Origin: an uncultured bacterium
GTDB lineage: Bacteria > Acidobacteriota > HRBIN11 > JAKEFK01
DNA length: 64,000 nucleotides
Direction: 5' to 3'
NCBI GenBank assembly: GCA_963777505.1
Contig: CAVZQN010000011.1
Location: 32,001-96,000 of the forward strand
Below are positions 18,837 through 28,896 of this stretch, piece after piece (positions within the stretch are counted from its first letter, which is position 1; each line of letters begins with the position of its first letter). Both the position numbers and the translations under genes were made by a program. Under the pieces are notes generated by a model. That model did not search any database, was not told where the DNA came from, and saw nothing but the letters and a program-made list of their open reading frames with translations.

Positions 18837-19880
18837 TTAACGGCGGAGACGCAGAGAAAGATCACTAACGTCAATAGAAGACTGAAGTTCATTAAGAATT
18901 TGTTTGCTCAGATCAAGCATTGCCTCGGGATAATCTCTGTTTTGCTCACGAAAGAGAGCCATATCAAGGAAAGTTGGATTCACATCGACAAAGTCGCTGG
19001 AGAATTTTTGAATTGCAGATTTTGAGAGTTTGATCCCGCTCTTGTTCTTTACAACAGGAAGTAAGAAACGCAAAGGTATTTTTCCCTTGTCGATCCCCAG
19101 AATTTCCAAAACGCTATTTACATTTTGCAAACCTTCATACCAGTCCTGACCTTTAATCATGACCGCGAGAACTTCAGGACTATTTAATGTCATAATTTCT
19201 TTGATTACATTTCTAAATGTTGTTTCTAAGTTAATAAATGTGTCGTTGGAGGAAGTTAACAGAGTTGAATATTCTCCGTGATTCGGGCAGTTGGATTTAA
19301 GAATTGCACCATGATCGCGATCCAAATCAATCTCCGGCCTAACCCATCCATCGAATTGTCCACACTTCGGACAGGGCGATCCAAGCCCACGAACTCCTGT
19401 AGGCGTTCCTGCGAAAGGCAGACCCGAGACGTAGTATTTGAAATTCTTCCATTGGTGAAGGCTTTTCAAAACAGTTGATCGAAAAAACGGATTCAGTTGA
19501 GATGATGAATATGTTTCAAACGTGTAGGAACAACCGGAAAGTGCAGCTAGCCGATCAAGATATGGGAAGTAGTGAAGATTCAGAAATTCGAGTGACTCTG
19601 ATTCAGATCGTTTTTGAAAAACGCAATGAAAGTATGGTCTACTTTGAACTGCATCAGTATCGGAAATGACTGGATCATTATCCAGGAAATGAATGTGAAC
19701 GGAAGCCGGAAGGCTGGTTCGATGTCTTGCTTGTTCGGCAAAAACAAACGTTGATGCCAGCGTTAGATAAGTTCCGATATGTGGATTTCCATTCACACGG
19801 ATACCAACCACAAACTCCAGCCGCTTGATGTTGTTGTCTAATCGGCCGTTCAAACTTTCGGCAATAGGATCAAACCACAT
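18837..19880 (-). CDS. Class I aminoacyl-tRNA synthetase-like (LysRS-I-like) catalytic-domain protein
   Basis: NGNPHIGT (HIGH-like), CPKCG and C..HG possible Zn ligands, KGQDW, GIKLSKS (KMSKS-like). Confidence 0.7.
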   Translation of the reverse strand: MWFDPIAESLNGRLDNNIKRLEFVVGIRVNGNPHIGTYLTLASTFVFAEQARHRTSLPASVHIHFLDNDPVISDTDAVQSRPYFHCVFQKRSESESLEFLNLHYFPYLDRLAALSGCSYTFETYSSSQLNPFFRSTVLKSLHQWKNFKYYVSGLPFAGTPTGVRGLGSPCPKCGQFDGWVRPEIDLDRDHGAILKSNCPNHGEYSTLLTSSNDTFINLETTFRNVIKEIMTLNSPEVLAVMIKGQDWYEGLQNVNSVLEILGIDKGKIPLRFLLPVVKNKSGIKLSKSAIQKFSSDFVDVNPTFLDMALFREQNRDYPEAMLDLSKQILNELQSSIDVSDLSLRLRR

Positions 19881-19902
19881 AGCATGATTTTAAACCGCAT
19901 AA

Positions 19903-19986
19903 GGGAGCGCGGACGTCTGGCCTGCTTGGGGACCGCGGACTTCCAGGTCCGCGGTTTCCCAATGCAGGCCAGAGGCCTGCGGTCCC
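19903..19986. repeat. REP-like triplet, GCGGAC family
   Basis: GGAGCGCGGACGTCTGGCCTGC, GACCGCGGACTTCCAGGTCCGC, inverted GCAGGCCAGAGGCCTGCGGTCC. Confidence 0.7.
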
Positions 19987-19991
19987 TTGCT

Positions 19992-22241
19992 TTATATTTC
20001 TTGCTGGCGGAGGAAGTCTTCTTTGACAAGAATATCGCGGGGGCGTGAACCATCCGCTGGACCGACAATTCCTTCAGACTCCATACGGTCGATCATTCGC
20101 GCAGCGCGTCCGTATCCAAGACGAAGTCTCCTTTGAAGATGGGAAATGGAAGCCTGACCTGATGTAATTACAACACGAACTGCATCGTTGTAAAGTTCAT
20201 CATGAAATTGTTCAAACTCCATTTTGGATTGTGGTTCGCGAAGAATTGCTTCGTTGTATTCAGGTTTGCCTTGCCGTATCCAGAATTTTGTCAAACGCCC
20301 AATTTCTTTTTCGCTGACATAGGCTCCGTGAACTCTCACTAAACGGGAACTCATTGGAGGAATAAAAAGCATGTCACCCTGACCAAGAAGGGCTTCTGCT
20401 CCTTTTTGATCCAGAATTGTTTTTGAATCATGGCCGGATGGCATTCGAAAAGCAATACGACACGGAAAGTTCGCCTTGATGACACCAGTAATGACATCCA
20501 CAGAGGGACGTTGTGTTGCAACAATCAAATGGATTCCAACTGCGCGGGCCATTTGAGCCAGTCTTTGAATGGATTCCTCAACATCAGGACCGCACGTCAT
20601 CATCAAATCCGCGAGCTCATCAACAACAACCACAATGTAAGAAAGCGGTTTTAGTTGTTTACGTTGTTCATCTGTAAGTGATGCCTGTAAATTCTCATCA
20701 ACAAACATTTGATTGAATTGATCGATGTTGCGAACGTTGAAGCTTGCCAATTGACGATATCGTTCTTCCATTTCGCTAACGGCCCACTTCAACGCATTTG
20801 ATGCAAGTTTCGGTTCTACAACGACAGGAACCATGAGATGCGGAATGTCTTCGTACAAACTTAGCTCCAGGCGTTTTGGATCGATCAGGATGAACTTCAC
20901 TTCTTCTGGAGTCGCTTTATACAAAATACTGCAAAGCATCGCATTGATCGCTACGCTTTTGCCTGAATTCGTTGAGCCGGCAATCAGCAGGTGAGGCATC
21001 CGTTTTAGATCGGATGAGTAAACATCTCCATGGATCAATTTGCCGAGTCCAAGTGTTAACGGGGAACCAGTTTGCTGAAAGTTTTGCGATCCGAGAATTT
21101 CGCGCAGCATGATGACGTCACGACGGCTATTAGGAACTTCAATCCCGATTGTGGATTGGCCGGCGAGCCGATCAATGCGCAAGGATTCAGCCTTTAAGGC
21201 CATGGAAAGATCGTTTGCCATGCTGACGATCTTGCTGTACTTGATGCCGGCTTCCGGTTTGAATTCATATGTAGTTACAATCGGGCCTGGATGAATTTCA
21301 GTGACTGATCCGTTGATTGCAAATTCTGCTAACTTTCCTGTAATCAATTTGGACTTTTCAACAAGTTCTTTTTTATCAACCACCGATTCCAAAACAGGTG
21401 CTTCTAAAAGCGTCATCGGTGGAAGAACATAATTTTCACTCATATCGCGGAAGTCCAACTGAATCGGTTCCTCTTCCGATTTAGTTGTTGCAGAGGCCGG
21501 AGCTACGATTGCAGCCGTTGGCCCTCCCTTGGTGTCTTGCTTTTTGTTTTTGAGGATCGGTATTTCCGACTGTTTTTCGATCCGCTCTATGTGTTTCTGA
21601 ATTACTTTTTTACGTTCGCGAACCTTTAACTCAGTTTCCATCTTTTTGCGAAACCCAAGTTTGATGCTGCGAATTGCCGAAACCGCACGTGAAAAACCAA
21701 TTTCCACAATTTTTCCAAGAGACAGTTGAACGAGTAAAAGGAGTGACAAGAGTAATGAGGTTGCAAGTACAAGGAGCGCGCCTGCGAAGCCTGCGTTCGC
21801 TTGAAGTGTATGAAATAAGAGCGTACCGATCCAGCCACCGGCTTCCATTGAAAAGTCTTTAAAAGTTCCGTCTGAAAGGCGTGATGTGACTGTCCAGCGG
21901 CCAATCAACAAATCTAAGAAACCACAAACTGAGATAACGAATAAAAAGATGCCGATAATTTTTGTGTATGCCGCGTCGATTTGACGTTTCATGAAATCAG
22001 CGAATGCCATTGCAATCAAAGCAACAGGAATCAAATAGGCTGCAAGTCCGAAAAATAAGAAAAGGAAATCCGAGACATATGCACCAGCTGGACCTGCGTA
22101 GTTTTCTGTACGAAGCCGGTCTGAACTTACGTTGAAAGACGGATCAAGCCGATCATAAGTCGCCAGGCTGATCAAAAGGAAAAATGCCAGAGCCAGCATT
22201 ATGATGCCGCGTATTTCTCGTTTTATGTTGTTTTCAGCCAT
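19992..22241 (-). CDS. ftsK: DNA translocase FtsK
   Basis: 4TM N-domain, MPHLLIAGSTNSGKS, DELADLM, ATQRPS, gamma domain LQRRLRLGYGRAAR. Confidence 0.97.
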   Translation of the reverse strand: MAENNIKREIRGIIMLALAFFLLISLATYDRLDPSFNVSSDRLRTENYAGPAGAYVSDFLFLFFGLAAYLIPVALIAMAFADFMKRQIDAAYTKIIGIFLFVISVCGFLDLLIGRWTVTSRLSDGTFKDFSMEAGGWIGTLLFHTLQANAGFAGALLVLATSLLLSLLLLVQLSLGKIVEIGFSRAVSAIRSIKLGFRKKMETELKVRERKKVIQKHIERIEKQSEIPILKNKKQDTKGGPTAAIVAPASATTKSEEEPIQLDFRDMSENYVLPPMTLLEAPVLESVVDKKELVEKSKLITGKLAEFAINGSVTEIHPGPIVTTYEFKPEAGIKYSKIVSMANDLSMALKAESLRIDRLAGQSTIGIEVPNSRRDVIMLREILGSQNFQQTGSPLTLGLGKLIHGDVYSSDLKRMPHLLIAGSTNSGKSVAINAMLCSILYKATPEEVKFILIDPKRLELSLYEDIPHLMVPVVVEPKLASNALKWAVSEMEERYRQLASFNVRNIDQFNQMFVDENLQASLTDEQRKQLKPLSYIVVVVDELADLMMTCGPDVEESIQRLAQMARAVGIHLIVATQRPSVDVITGVIKANFPCRIAFRMPSGHDSKTILDQKGAEALLGQGDMLFIPPMSSRLVRVHGAYVSEKEIGRLTKFWIRQGKPEYNEAILREPQSKMEFEQFHDELYNDAVRVVITSGQASISHLQRRLRLGYGRAARMIDRMESEGIVGPADGSRPRDILVKEDFLRQQEI

Positions 22242-23047
22242 ATATACCCGAGCAATAAAGTTCCGGCTCCTATGCAATAAACTCCAAACCAGAAGAAACG
22301 TGAAGCGGCTAAAATTCGAATCAGGGGGCGGATCGTCAAATATCCAAGTACACCAGCAACGATTCCCGAGGTAGTGTAAAGAAGCACATCATTCATGTTA
22401 TTGATGGCTTTGCCGATTGCAGGTAATTCCAGGATGACTGCGCCAAGAATAGCTGGAATGGAAAGTAGAAACGAAAACCGTCCTGCAGTGACTGGATTTA
22501 ATCCAAGAAACAATGCGGCTGAAATTGTGGCTCCCGATCTTGAAACCGCTGGAAATAGAGATAGTCCTTGAAAGATACCGATCACTAAAGCATCGGCACT
22601 TTTCATTTCTGCAAAACCCCTTGTCGTGTTCTTCTTAAAGATAGTGAGAAGCATGAGGGCTCCCCCGATCAAAAATTCCACACCAATGTGCTTCAAGTCT
22701 GAGAAAGCCGCTTCTACCTGAGATTTAAACAGCAACCCTATTACCGCAGTTGGAACTGTGGCAATCACAAGTAAAGCAATTAGTTTGTGTGGGTTTTCCG
22801 TATCCCAGGAGGGCCTAAGAACAGCCATTGGCCGTCCCAGTGAGCGAATCATCTCCAGCACATCCGTTCGGTAATAAATGAGGACTGCTATCAACGTTCC
22901 GAGGTGCAGTACTACATCAAATGCTACCGGCGGTTCCTCAAATCCGAGCAGTAACTGTGTCACTGCAAGATGACCCGATGAGCTGATCGGAATAAATTCG
23001 GTCAACCCTTGAATCACAGCGAGCAGTATCGCAATCAGGAACTGCAT
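22223..23047 (-). CDS. uppP: Undecaprenyl-diphosphate phosphatase
   Basis: QGLTEFIPISSSGH, PAVSRSGAT, FSFLLSIP. Confidence 0.95.
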   Translation of the reverse strand: MQFLIAILLAVIQGLTEFIPISSSGHLAVTQLLLGFEEPPVAFDVVLHLGTLIAVLIYYRTDVLEMIRSLGRPMAVLRPSWDTENPHKLIALLVIATVPTAVIGLLFKSQVEAAFSDLKHIGVEFLIGGALMLLTIFKKNTTRGFAEMKSADALVIGIFQGLSLFPAVSRSGATISAALFLGLNPVTAGRFSFLLSIPAILGAVILELPAIGKAINNMNDVLLYTTSGIVAGVLGYLTIRPLIRILAASRFFWFGVYCIGAGTLLLGYIWLKTT

Positions 23048-23098
23048 CGGTCTAGAAGTATAGCATAATCAATCATATTACAACAGTAATACGGGCGT

Positions 23099-23186
23099 GT
23101 AGTAGGCCGGCCGCGGAAGCTGTAGACGCGGCCCGGCCTCATATTGTTCTAGCAGACTCGGGCGCCGGCTTCCGACCCCACCCTAC
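23099..23186. repeat. GC-rich hairpins / GTAG-type REP-like
   Basis: AGGCCGGCCGCG...CGCGGCCCGGCCT hairpin; minus strand reads GTAGGGTGGGGTCGGAAGCCGGCGCCC. Confidence 0.45.
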
Positions 23187-23947
23187 AAATGCCTCGCTAA
23201 CTCTTCAAACTGCTTTGGGGTTAAGTTCTCAGCCCTGACATTTTCAGAGATTTTCAGTTCTTTAAAAATGGCATCAAGCCGGCCGGATTCAACGCCTAAT
23301 TCACGCATCAGATTATTCCGCAGCTTTTTCCTGCGCTGAGAGAATGCCATTTGCAGCAGTTTAGAATATTGATCAAATCCTACTGAAGCATCGTTGTTAA
23401 ACCTGAAATGGAGGACTCTCGAATCGACTTCCGGCATAGGACGAAAGGATCTCTTACTTACCTTAAAACCTTTTTCTATCGTACAAAAATACTGAGATAA
23501 AACCGAAAGCAAACTATATTCAGAATCAGAAGGGGGAGCGAGAATCCTTTGTGCAACTTCTTCTTGAAACATCAACACCACGTCTTCTATCGAATCTCTC
23601 TGCCGGATTAGCGAAGACAGAATCGATGTCGAAATGTAATAAGGAAGATTGCCCAGGATTCGCAATTTAGAGCCGGCGTTTAACGATGCCAGATTGATTT
23701 TTAAGACATCAGCATGAACGATCTCAATATTGGGAATGTTTTGAAGTTGTGGAATTAATCTTGAGTCGATTTCAATTGCAAAATATTTTGAGACGCGGGG
23801 CGAGATAATCTTTGTTAAAACACCAGCACCTGCTCCGATTTCAACGACAACATCGTTAGGCTGCGGGTTAAAAAGTGCGACGATTTTTTCAACTATGTTT
23901 TTGTCTTGTAAAAAATTTTGACCTAGTTTCGGCTTTTTCTTAACCAC
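23183..23947 (-). CDS. rsmA: 16S rRNA adenine dimethyltransferase
   Basis: LGQNFL, EIGAG, GNLPYYIS, QRRKKLRN, RAENL. Confidence 0.95.
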   Translation of the reverse strand: MVKKKPKLGQNFLQDKNIVEKIVALFNPQPNDVVVEIGAGAGVLTKIISPRVSKYFAIEIDSRLIPQLQNIPNIEIVHADVLKINLASLNAGSKLRILGNLPYYISTSILSSLIRQRDSIEDVVLMFQEEVAQRILAPPSDSEYSLLSVLSQYFCTIEKGFKVSKRSFRPMPEVDSRVLHFRFNNDASVGFDQYSKLLQMAFSQRRKKLRNNLMRELGVESGRLDAIFKELKISENVRAENLTPKQFEELARHL

Positions 23948-23960
23948 AAAGACACAGAGA

Positions 23961-25772
23961 TCAAAAAGGGGGTTCTTCTTCTGTTTCGTCTACAACTTCT
24001 TCTTCAGGAATTTCTTCCGGCTGCTCTTCTTCCGGTGGCACATCTTCCTGATAGGCAGGTGGAAGTGAGGGAACGGGTGAATACGGACGGTAGGTGCTTC
24101 CTTGCTGTTCCTCTATACCGAGCCACAGCATTTTTTCGTCATCAGATGTTATTGTTAGATTGCGAATCACATGTGGACTTAAAGCTAAAACGACATCCGT
24201 TTCACGAATCTCATTTTCATTGGACGCAAACAACTTCCCAAGAAATGGAATTTCAGCAAAGCCAGGAATGCCTTTCAAAGCTTTCCTTTCTTCATCGCGG
24301 ATTAACCCTGCAATGATGTTCGTTTCTCCTTCTTTCAAACGGATGGTTTTTTCGACACGGCTTGTGCTGAATTGTGGAAGATTTCCAAATCCCGAACCTG
24401 AAATCGCGCTGCTTTCGATGATCACCTCCAAAGTGACTTCACGATTCCGGTGAACTCTTGGAGTGATGTCGATATTGATTCCAACATCGCGATAAATGAA
24501 TGACGTAATAGGCTGTTGATTAACGCCTCCTGTCGCGATAGGAGCGAAGGTCGTTTGCGGTACCGGCACTTGATTGCCAAAACGCACACGGCCAGTTTCT
24601 CCAACAACCGTACGCAGCGGTAAGTTTGCCAATAATTTTGAATCACTTGTACTTTTTAAAAGCCGTAGTGTGGCTTGCGGAAAGTTTGTTATAAAGAAAT
24701 TAGACCGTGAAACAACTGGTCCGGGTTCAATTCTCAACTTTTCCGGATCCGTTGCCAGAGTCGTAGAGATTCCATCTTCACCAGGAGAATGGATATGTAA
24801 ACCATACTGCTGCAAACGCGAGCGGTTGATTTCAAGAATTTCTACATCAACCACGACTTCAGGCTTTCCTTTATCCAGCTGTTGCACAATTTTCTCTGCC
24901 GCAAGAACTCTTGTAATCCGGTCTTTCACTGTCACCGTATTCAAACGTACATTTGTCGCTACCATTTGAATACCAAGCACATTCCGAAGGGTGCGGGCGA
25001 TTTCCTCCACTTCAGCATTGGATAAGAAAAATGTACGGCTGACAGTTTCTTCATACTCCGCTCGTTTCTGTGGATTATCAGGCGCAATCATGATCGTATT
25101 TTTGCCAATGACTTTATAGAAATTGTGACTGCTGGTTAAAACAGTATCGAGGGCTTGAATGAAAGTCGTGTTGTGAAAATCGAAGCTTACGGGCATGTCG
25201 TTGAAGTCTTTATCGAACAGCACATTGACGTCGCCCAACTTTCCCAAAGTTTGTAATACTTCTTTTAATGAAGTGTCTTTGAACTTTAACTCAATCGATA
25301 CGCCAGGGCGCGGGTTAAATTCTGGCTGCAACGCAACACTCGGTAATTCTGAAACAGGTCTTTCGACATGTGTTTCAGGCTGCTGTAATGGGGTTTGATT
25401 CTCAATCATCTTTCTAACGCGATCATATTCTTCACCAGCAGTTCTATTGTCCGGATCGAGATCTATCGCCAGTGCGAGTTCCATAACTGCTTCTTGAAGT
25501 TTGCCTTCTTCCAGTCTTCGTTTTGCTTCTTCGTAATGCAATCGTGACGCAAAAACCTTGGCCATACTTAATTTCAATTTGATTTCGGGATCATTTGGAT
25601 CAGAAACAAGTGCACGCGAATATTCTGCAACAGCGACATCCCAGTTTTTATTTTTAAGTGCAACCTCTGCGTCATGAAATGCTTTATTTCCCGCGCAAGA
25701 AGGAAGGATGAGTAACGAAATGATCAACGAAAGCAGGAAAGAACAACGCAGCGCATTCATGCGCTGACCCAT
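23961..25772 (-). CDS. Secretin (GspD-like) lipoprotein with N-terminal TPRs
   Basis: Lipobox LPSC, TPRs, N0/N3 domains, RDVGINIDITP, GETNIIAGLI, IPFLGKLF. Confidence 0.88.
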   Translation of the reverse strand: MGQRMNALRCSFLLSLIISLLILPSCAGNKAFHDAEVALKNKNWDVAVAEYSRALVSDPNDPEIKLKLSMAKVFASRLHYEEAKRRLEEGKLQEAVMELALAIDLDPDNRTAGEEYDRVRKMIENQTPLQQPETHVERPVSELPSVALQPEFNPRPGVSIELKFKDTSLKEVLQTLGKLGDVNVLFDKDFNDMPVSFDFHNTTFIQALDTVLTSSHNFYKVIGKNTIMIAPDNPQKRAEYEETVSRTFFLSNAEVEEIARTLRNVLGIQMVATNVRLNTVTVKDRITRVLAAEKIVQQLDKGKPEVVVDVEILEINRSRLQQYGLHIHSPGEDGISTTLATDPEKLRIEPGPVVSRSNFFITNFPQATLRLLKSTSDSKLLANLPLRTVVGETGRVRFGNQVPVPQTTFAPIATGGVNQQPITSFIYRDVGINIDITPRVHRNREVTLEVIIESSAISGSGFGNLPQFSTSRVEKTIRLKEGETNIIAGLIRDEERKALKGIPGFAEIPFLGKLFASNENEIRETDVVLALSPHVIRNLTITSDDEKMLWLGIEEQQGSTYRPYSPVPSLPPAYQEDVPPEEEQPEEIPEEEVVDETEEEPPF

Positions 25773-25839
25773 GGTAAGTCGAGATCTTCGATCATATGTA
25801 TTTATAGCTCTGCCGGCCAGAGGCCAGCGTTACAAATTC

Positions 25840-27642
25840 CTACTCCATCGCTGCTTCAGAGTATAAGCTGTCAATGATTTCTTTATATTTTTTCTCGACC
25901 ACATTCCGTTTAATTTTCAGACTCGGAGTTAACTCCCCCGATTCAATTGTAAATTCCCGTTCAAGCAAGGCGATTTTTTTCACACGCTCAAAAGGAGCGA
26001 GATCTTTGCTTTGAGCGTCCAGATCTTTCTGGATTTCAGCAAGAATGATTTTGCTTTTTAAGAGTTCTGGATCAGTAATTGTATTTGCTGCTGCAAGTTT
26101 TTTCAGATTATCCATGTTTGGCACTATTAAAGCACAGGGGTATTTACGCTTATCACCCAAAACAACAATCTGGACAACATAACGGGAAGTTTTCAGTGCA
26201 TTCTCCACAAATTGTGGCGCAATATTCTTTCCGCCAGAAGTTACGATCAAATCTTTCTTCCTATCCGTAATCCGCAGAAATCCATCCGGATCGATTTCAC
26301 CAATATCTCCGGTGCGAAACCATTGATCCGGCGTAATGACTTCATCAGTTGCCTTCTGCTTATTGTAATAGCCTTTCATGACATGGGGTCCTTTTGTGAG
26401 AATTTCACCATCTTCGGCAATTTTAACTTGAACCCCTGGAATCGACGGACCGACAGTCCCAAATTTGAACTTTTCAGGTCTGTTGACACAGATCACTGGA
26501 GACGTCTCCGTAAGCCCATAACCTTCCAAGATAGTAAGACCCATGCCGTAGAAGAAAAGGCCGAGCTGCTTCGGAAGTGCAGCACCCCCTGAAAGCATGA
26601 CTCTCAGTCTGCCTCCAAGGCGGCTGCGAATTTTACCGAGCACAAGCTTGTCGGCAATTTTGTACTTAAATGCCAGCCCGGAAGGAACAGGTTGGCCGCT
26701 CAATTTCTTTTCAGTGTGTTGGGATGCAACACGAAGTGACCATGTAGCCAACTTCTTTTTGATTCCATGTTCTCCTGCAACGTTATCCATAACACGTTGA
26801 TAAAACTTTTCATAAACACGTGGAACTGAAATCAGAATGGTCGGCTTAATTTCATCAAGATTTTTTACAAGAGATTCAATATTTTCAGCGTATGCAATTG
26901 TGCATCCAGAAAAGAGCATCGTATAGTACCCAGCCATCCGCTCAAAGATATGACTTAACGGCAGAAACGAAAGAGAGCAATCATTCTTCTGAAAAACGAA
27001 TAAATCATAAACAGCTTGAACGTTACTCATCACATTTCTGTTTGTAAGCATCACGCCTTTTGGTTCGCCTGTAGTTCCTGAAGTGTAAATGATGCTGAAA
27101 ACATCATCAGGCTGAATAGTGGCGGCCCGGTCGCGGACCATTGAAGGATTTTTTTTCACTATCTCTTTGCCTTCAGCAACAACAGATGAAAATGAAACCA
27201 CACCTTCAGGAATGCTGGCCGGAGCATCAAATACAACAATCTTTTGGATTTGTGGTAAATTGTTTCGAATTTCAAGAATCTTGTTCAATTGAGCTTCATT
27301 TGAAATGAACACAACTTGCATTTGTGAATCTTTGATTATGTATTCGATCTGAACCGCTGGAAGCGTTCCGTAAATCGGAACTGTTATTCCGCCTGCGGAT
27401 AGAATTCCGAAATCGGTATAAGTCCACTCAGGTCTATTTTCAGATAGCAGACCGATCCGGTCACCTTTTTGTGTACCCCAATGCATCAAAGCGGCTGCCA
27501 CGGCTTCCGCAGTTTCAACAACTTCAGCGCCGGAGATGTTTACGTATGTTCCATCTCTTTTTACCTTCAAGCAGTCGGGTTTATTGAATTCGGCTGTTTT
27601 CTTAAAGATAAGTTCGGGCAGTGTCTGAATTGTGTCTGTCAT
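25840..27642 (-). CDS. fadD: Long-chain fatty acid-CoA ligase
   Basis: YTSGTTGEPKG, GYGLTET, FRTGD, DRKKD. True start MTDTIQ is coupled to the FadL stop (TAATG). Confidence 0.92.
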   Translation of the reverse strand: MTDTIQTLPELIFKKTAEFNKPDCLKVKRDGTYVNISGAEVVETAEAVAAALMHWGTQKGDRIGLLSENRPEWTYTDFGILSAGGITVPIYGTLPAVQIEYIIKDSQMQVVFISNEAQLNKILEIRNNLPQIQKIVVFDAPASIPEGVVSFSSVVAEGKEIVKKNPSMVRDRAATIQPDDVFSIIYTSGTTGEPKGVMLTNRNVMSNVQAVYDLFVFQKNDCSLSFLPLSHIFERMAGYYTMLFSGCTIAYAENIESLVKNLDEIKPTILISVPRVYEKFYQRVMDNVAGEHGIKKKLATWSLRVASQHTEKKLSGQPVPSGLAFKYKIADKLVLGKIRSRLGGRLRVMLSGGAALPKQLGLFFYGMGLTILEGYGLTETSPVICVNRPEKFKFGTVGPSIPGVQVKIAEDGEILTKGPHVMKGYYNKQKATDEVITPDQWFRTGDIGEIDPDGFLRITDRKKDLIVTSGGKNIAPQFVENALKTSRYVVQIVVLGDKRKYPCALIVPNMDNLKKLAAANTITDPELLKSKIILAEIQKDLDAQSKDLAPFERVKKIALLEREFTIESGELTPSLKIKRNVVEKKYKEIIDSLYSEAAME

Positions 27643-28877
27643 TAGAACTTGTAGCCAAAACCAAATGAGAGCAAGATTTGCATTTGTACTGTATTCACCT
27701 GCGGCAGCGACATTTCCTGGAGGTGTTACAAAGTTATCCAGAGGTGAGGTTCTGTCTTCAGAAAACACAGCCATATATGCGACATCAAATGTCCAGCCTT
27801 CTTCCATATAACCTAATCCTACTGAAAGAGAATTTCTGGAACCATCAGGAAGGATTGGATCGATAGCACGATCTGGTACTGGAGATTCATCGTAGAAATA
27901 CCCGCCGCGCAGTGCCCATTGATCTGTGAGGCTGTATTCAGCGCCAATTCGAAGACTCCAACTATTGTCGAAGTTCCTTGTAATAATGACATCCCTCAAT
28001 GCTGGAGTGTTCTCAAGGAAGTCGAGTGTAATTTGCTGAAGCTCATCCCAAAATGTGAAAATAAGGTCGCCTTCAATTGAAAGCTTCTCATAAGATGTTG
28101 CGGCGCCAATCATGAACTGTGCAGGCAATGGCAGCTCAAGGGCGCTTCACCTTCGGGAAAAAATGATATCAAGGCCGGAGGAATTCCAGTAAATGAAGTA
28201 TCACCTTCGTAATCTACTTCCATTTTGTTTTTGTAGGTGACCGCAAAATCAAGATTGCTATTCGTTTCGACCAGCACGTCCAAGATTGAATCCGAAATCC
28301 GTTCCATCGGAATCAACTTCATTCGATATGATTACAGGCGCAAGCGGCGCCAGGTTTACTTGCCGCTCAATTCGATTTGTGACCAGGTAAAATCGAAGCC
28401 TCCACCAACCGATACATTTTGAGTAATCCGATAAGCAATCGATGGTGTTATATACAATACTTTCAAATCTGCTCTCTGACTTACGAAAGAAGGCGAGTGA
28501 TCCTTCGGGCCATTCCGTTTTTAATCCAAAAGGAGTGTAAGCACCGATACCAAAGAACCAATTGTCTGATAACTGATTTGCCAATAGAAATTTGGCGGGA
28601 AAAAGTTTCCTTCGACTGCTTCAAATGTAAGACCTGTAGCAAGGGGGGTGAAATCGCCGGAAGTATTAATCCAAGTACCGCTTGCGTAAATTTCCGATCT
28701 CTCAATCCTTGATAAAGCAGCCGGATTGTACCAGACTGCGGAGGCATCATCGACTCTGACAATATAAGCATGCGCCATACCGTGGGCGCGTGCATTCATT
28801 TCATAAAGGGCATAACCACTGGCGCTGCAGATCACCGGAATGAACATGAGAATAAGAAGGGAGAGAATTTTCTTCAT
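27642..28877 (-). pseudogene. fadL: FadL/OmpP1 outer-membrane long-chain fatty acid transporter with about six frameshifts
   Basis: Signal peptide, ASGYALYE, DDASAVWYNPAAL, PFGLKTEW, LRGGYFYD, LPDG, C-terminal GYKF, spread across several frames. Confidence 0.8.
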
Positions 28878-28896
28878 ATTAGCCTCCTGATTGGCA

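Noticed and set aside
18837-19880. Canonical lysS or gltX
   Set aside because: Too short and divergent, with no anticodon-binding domain
23090-23182. Possible tRNA-Sec or other structured RNA
   Set aside because: No T-loop or anticodon arm recognisable; better explained as REP-like hairpins
27643-28128. Apparent FadL-FadD fusion protein (762 aa)
   Set aside because: Artefact of a frameshift near the FadL end; FadL has its own GYKF-stop coupled to the FadD ATG
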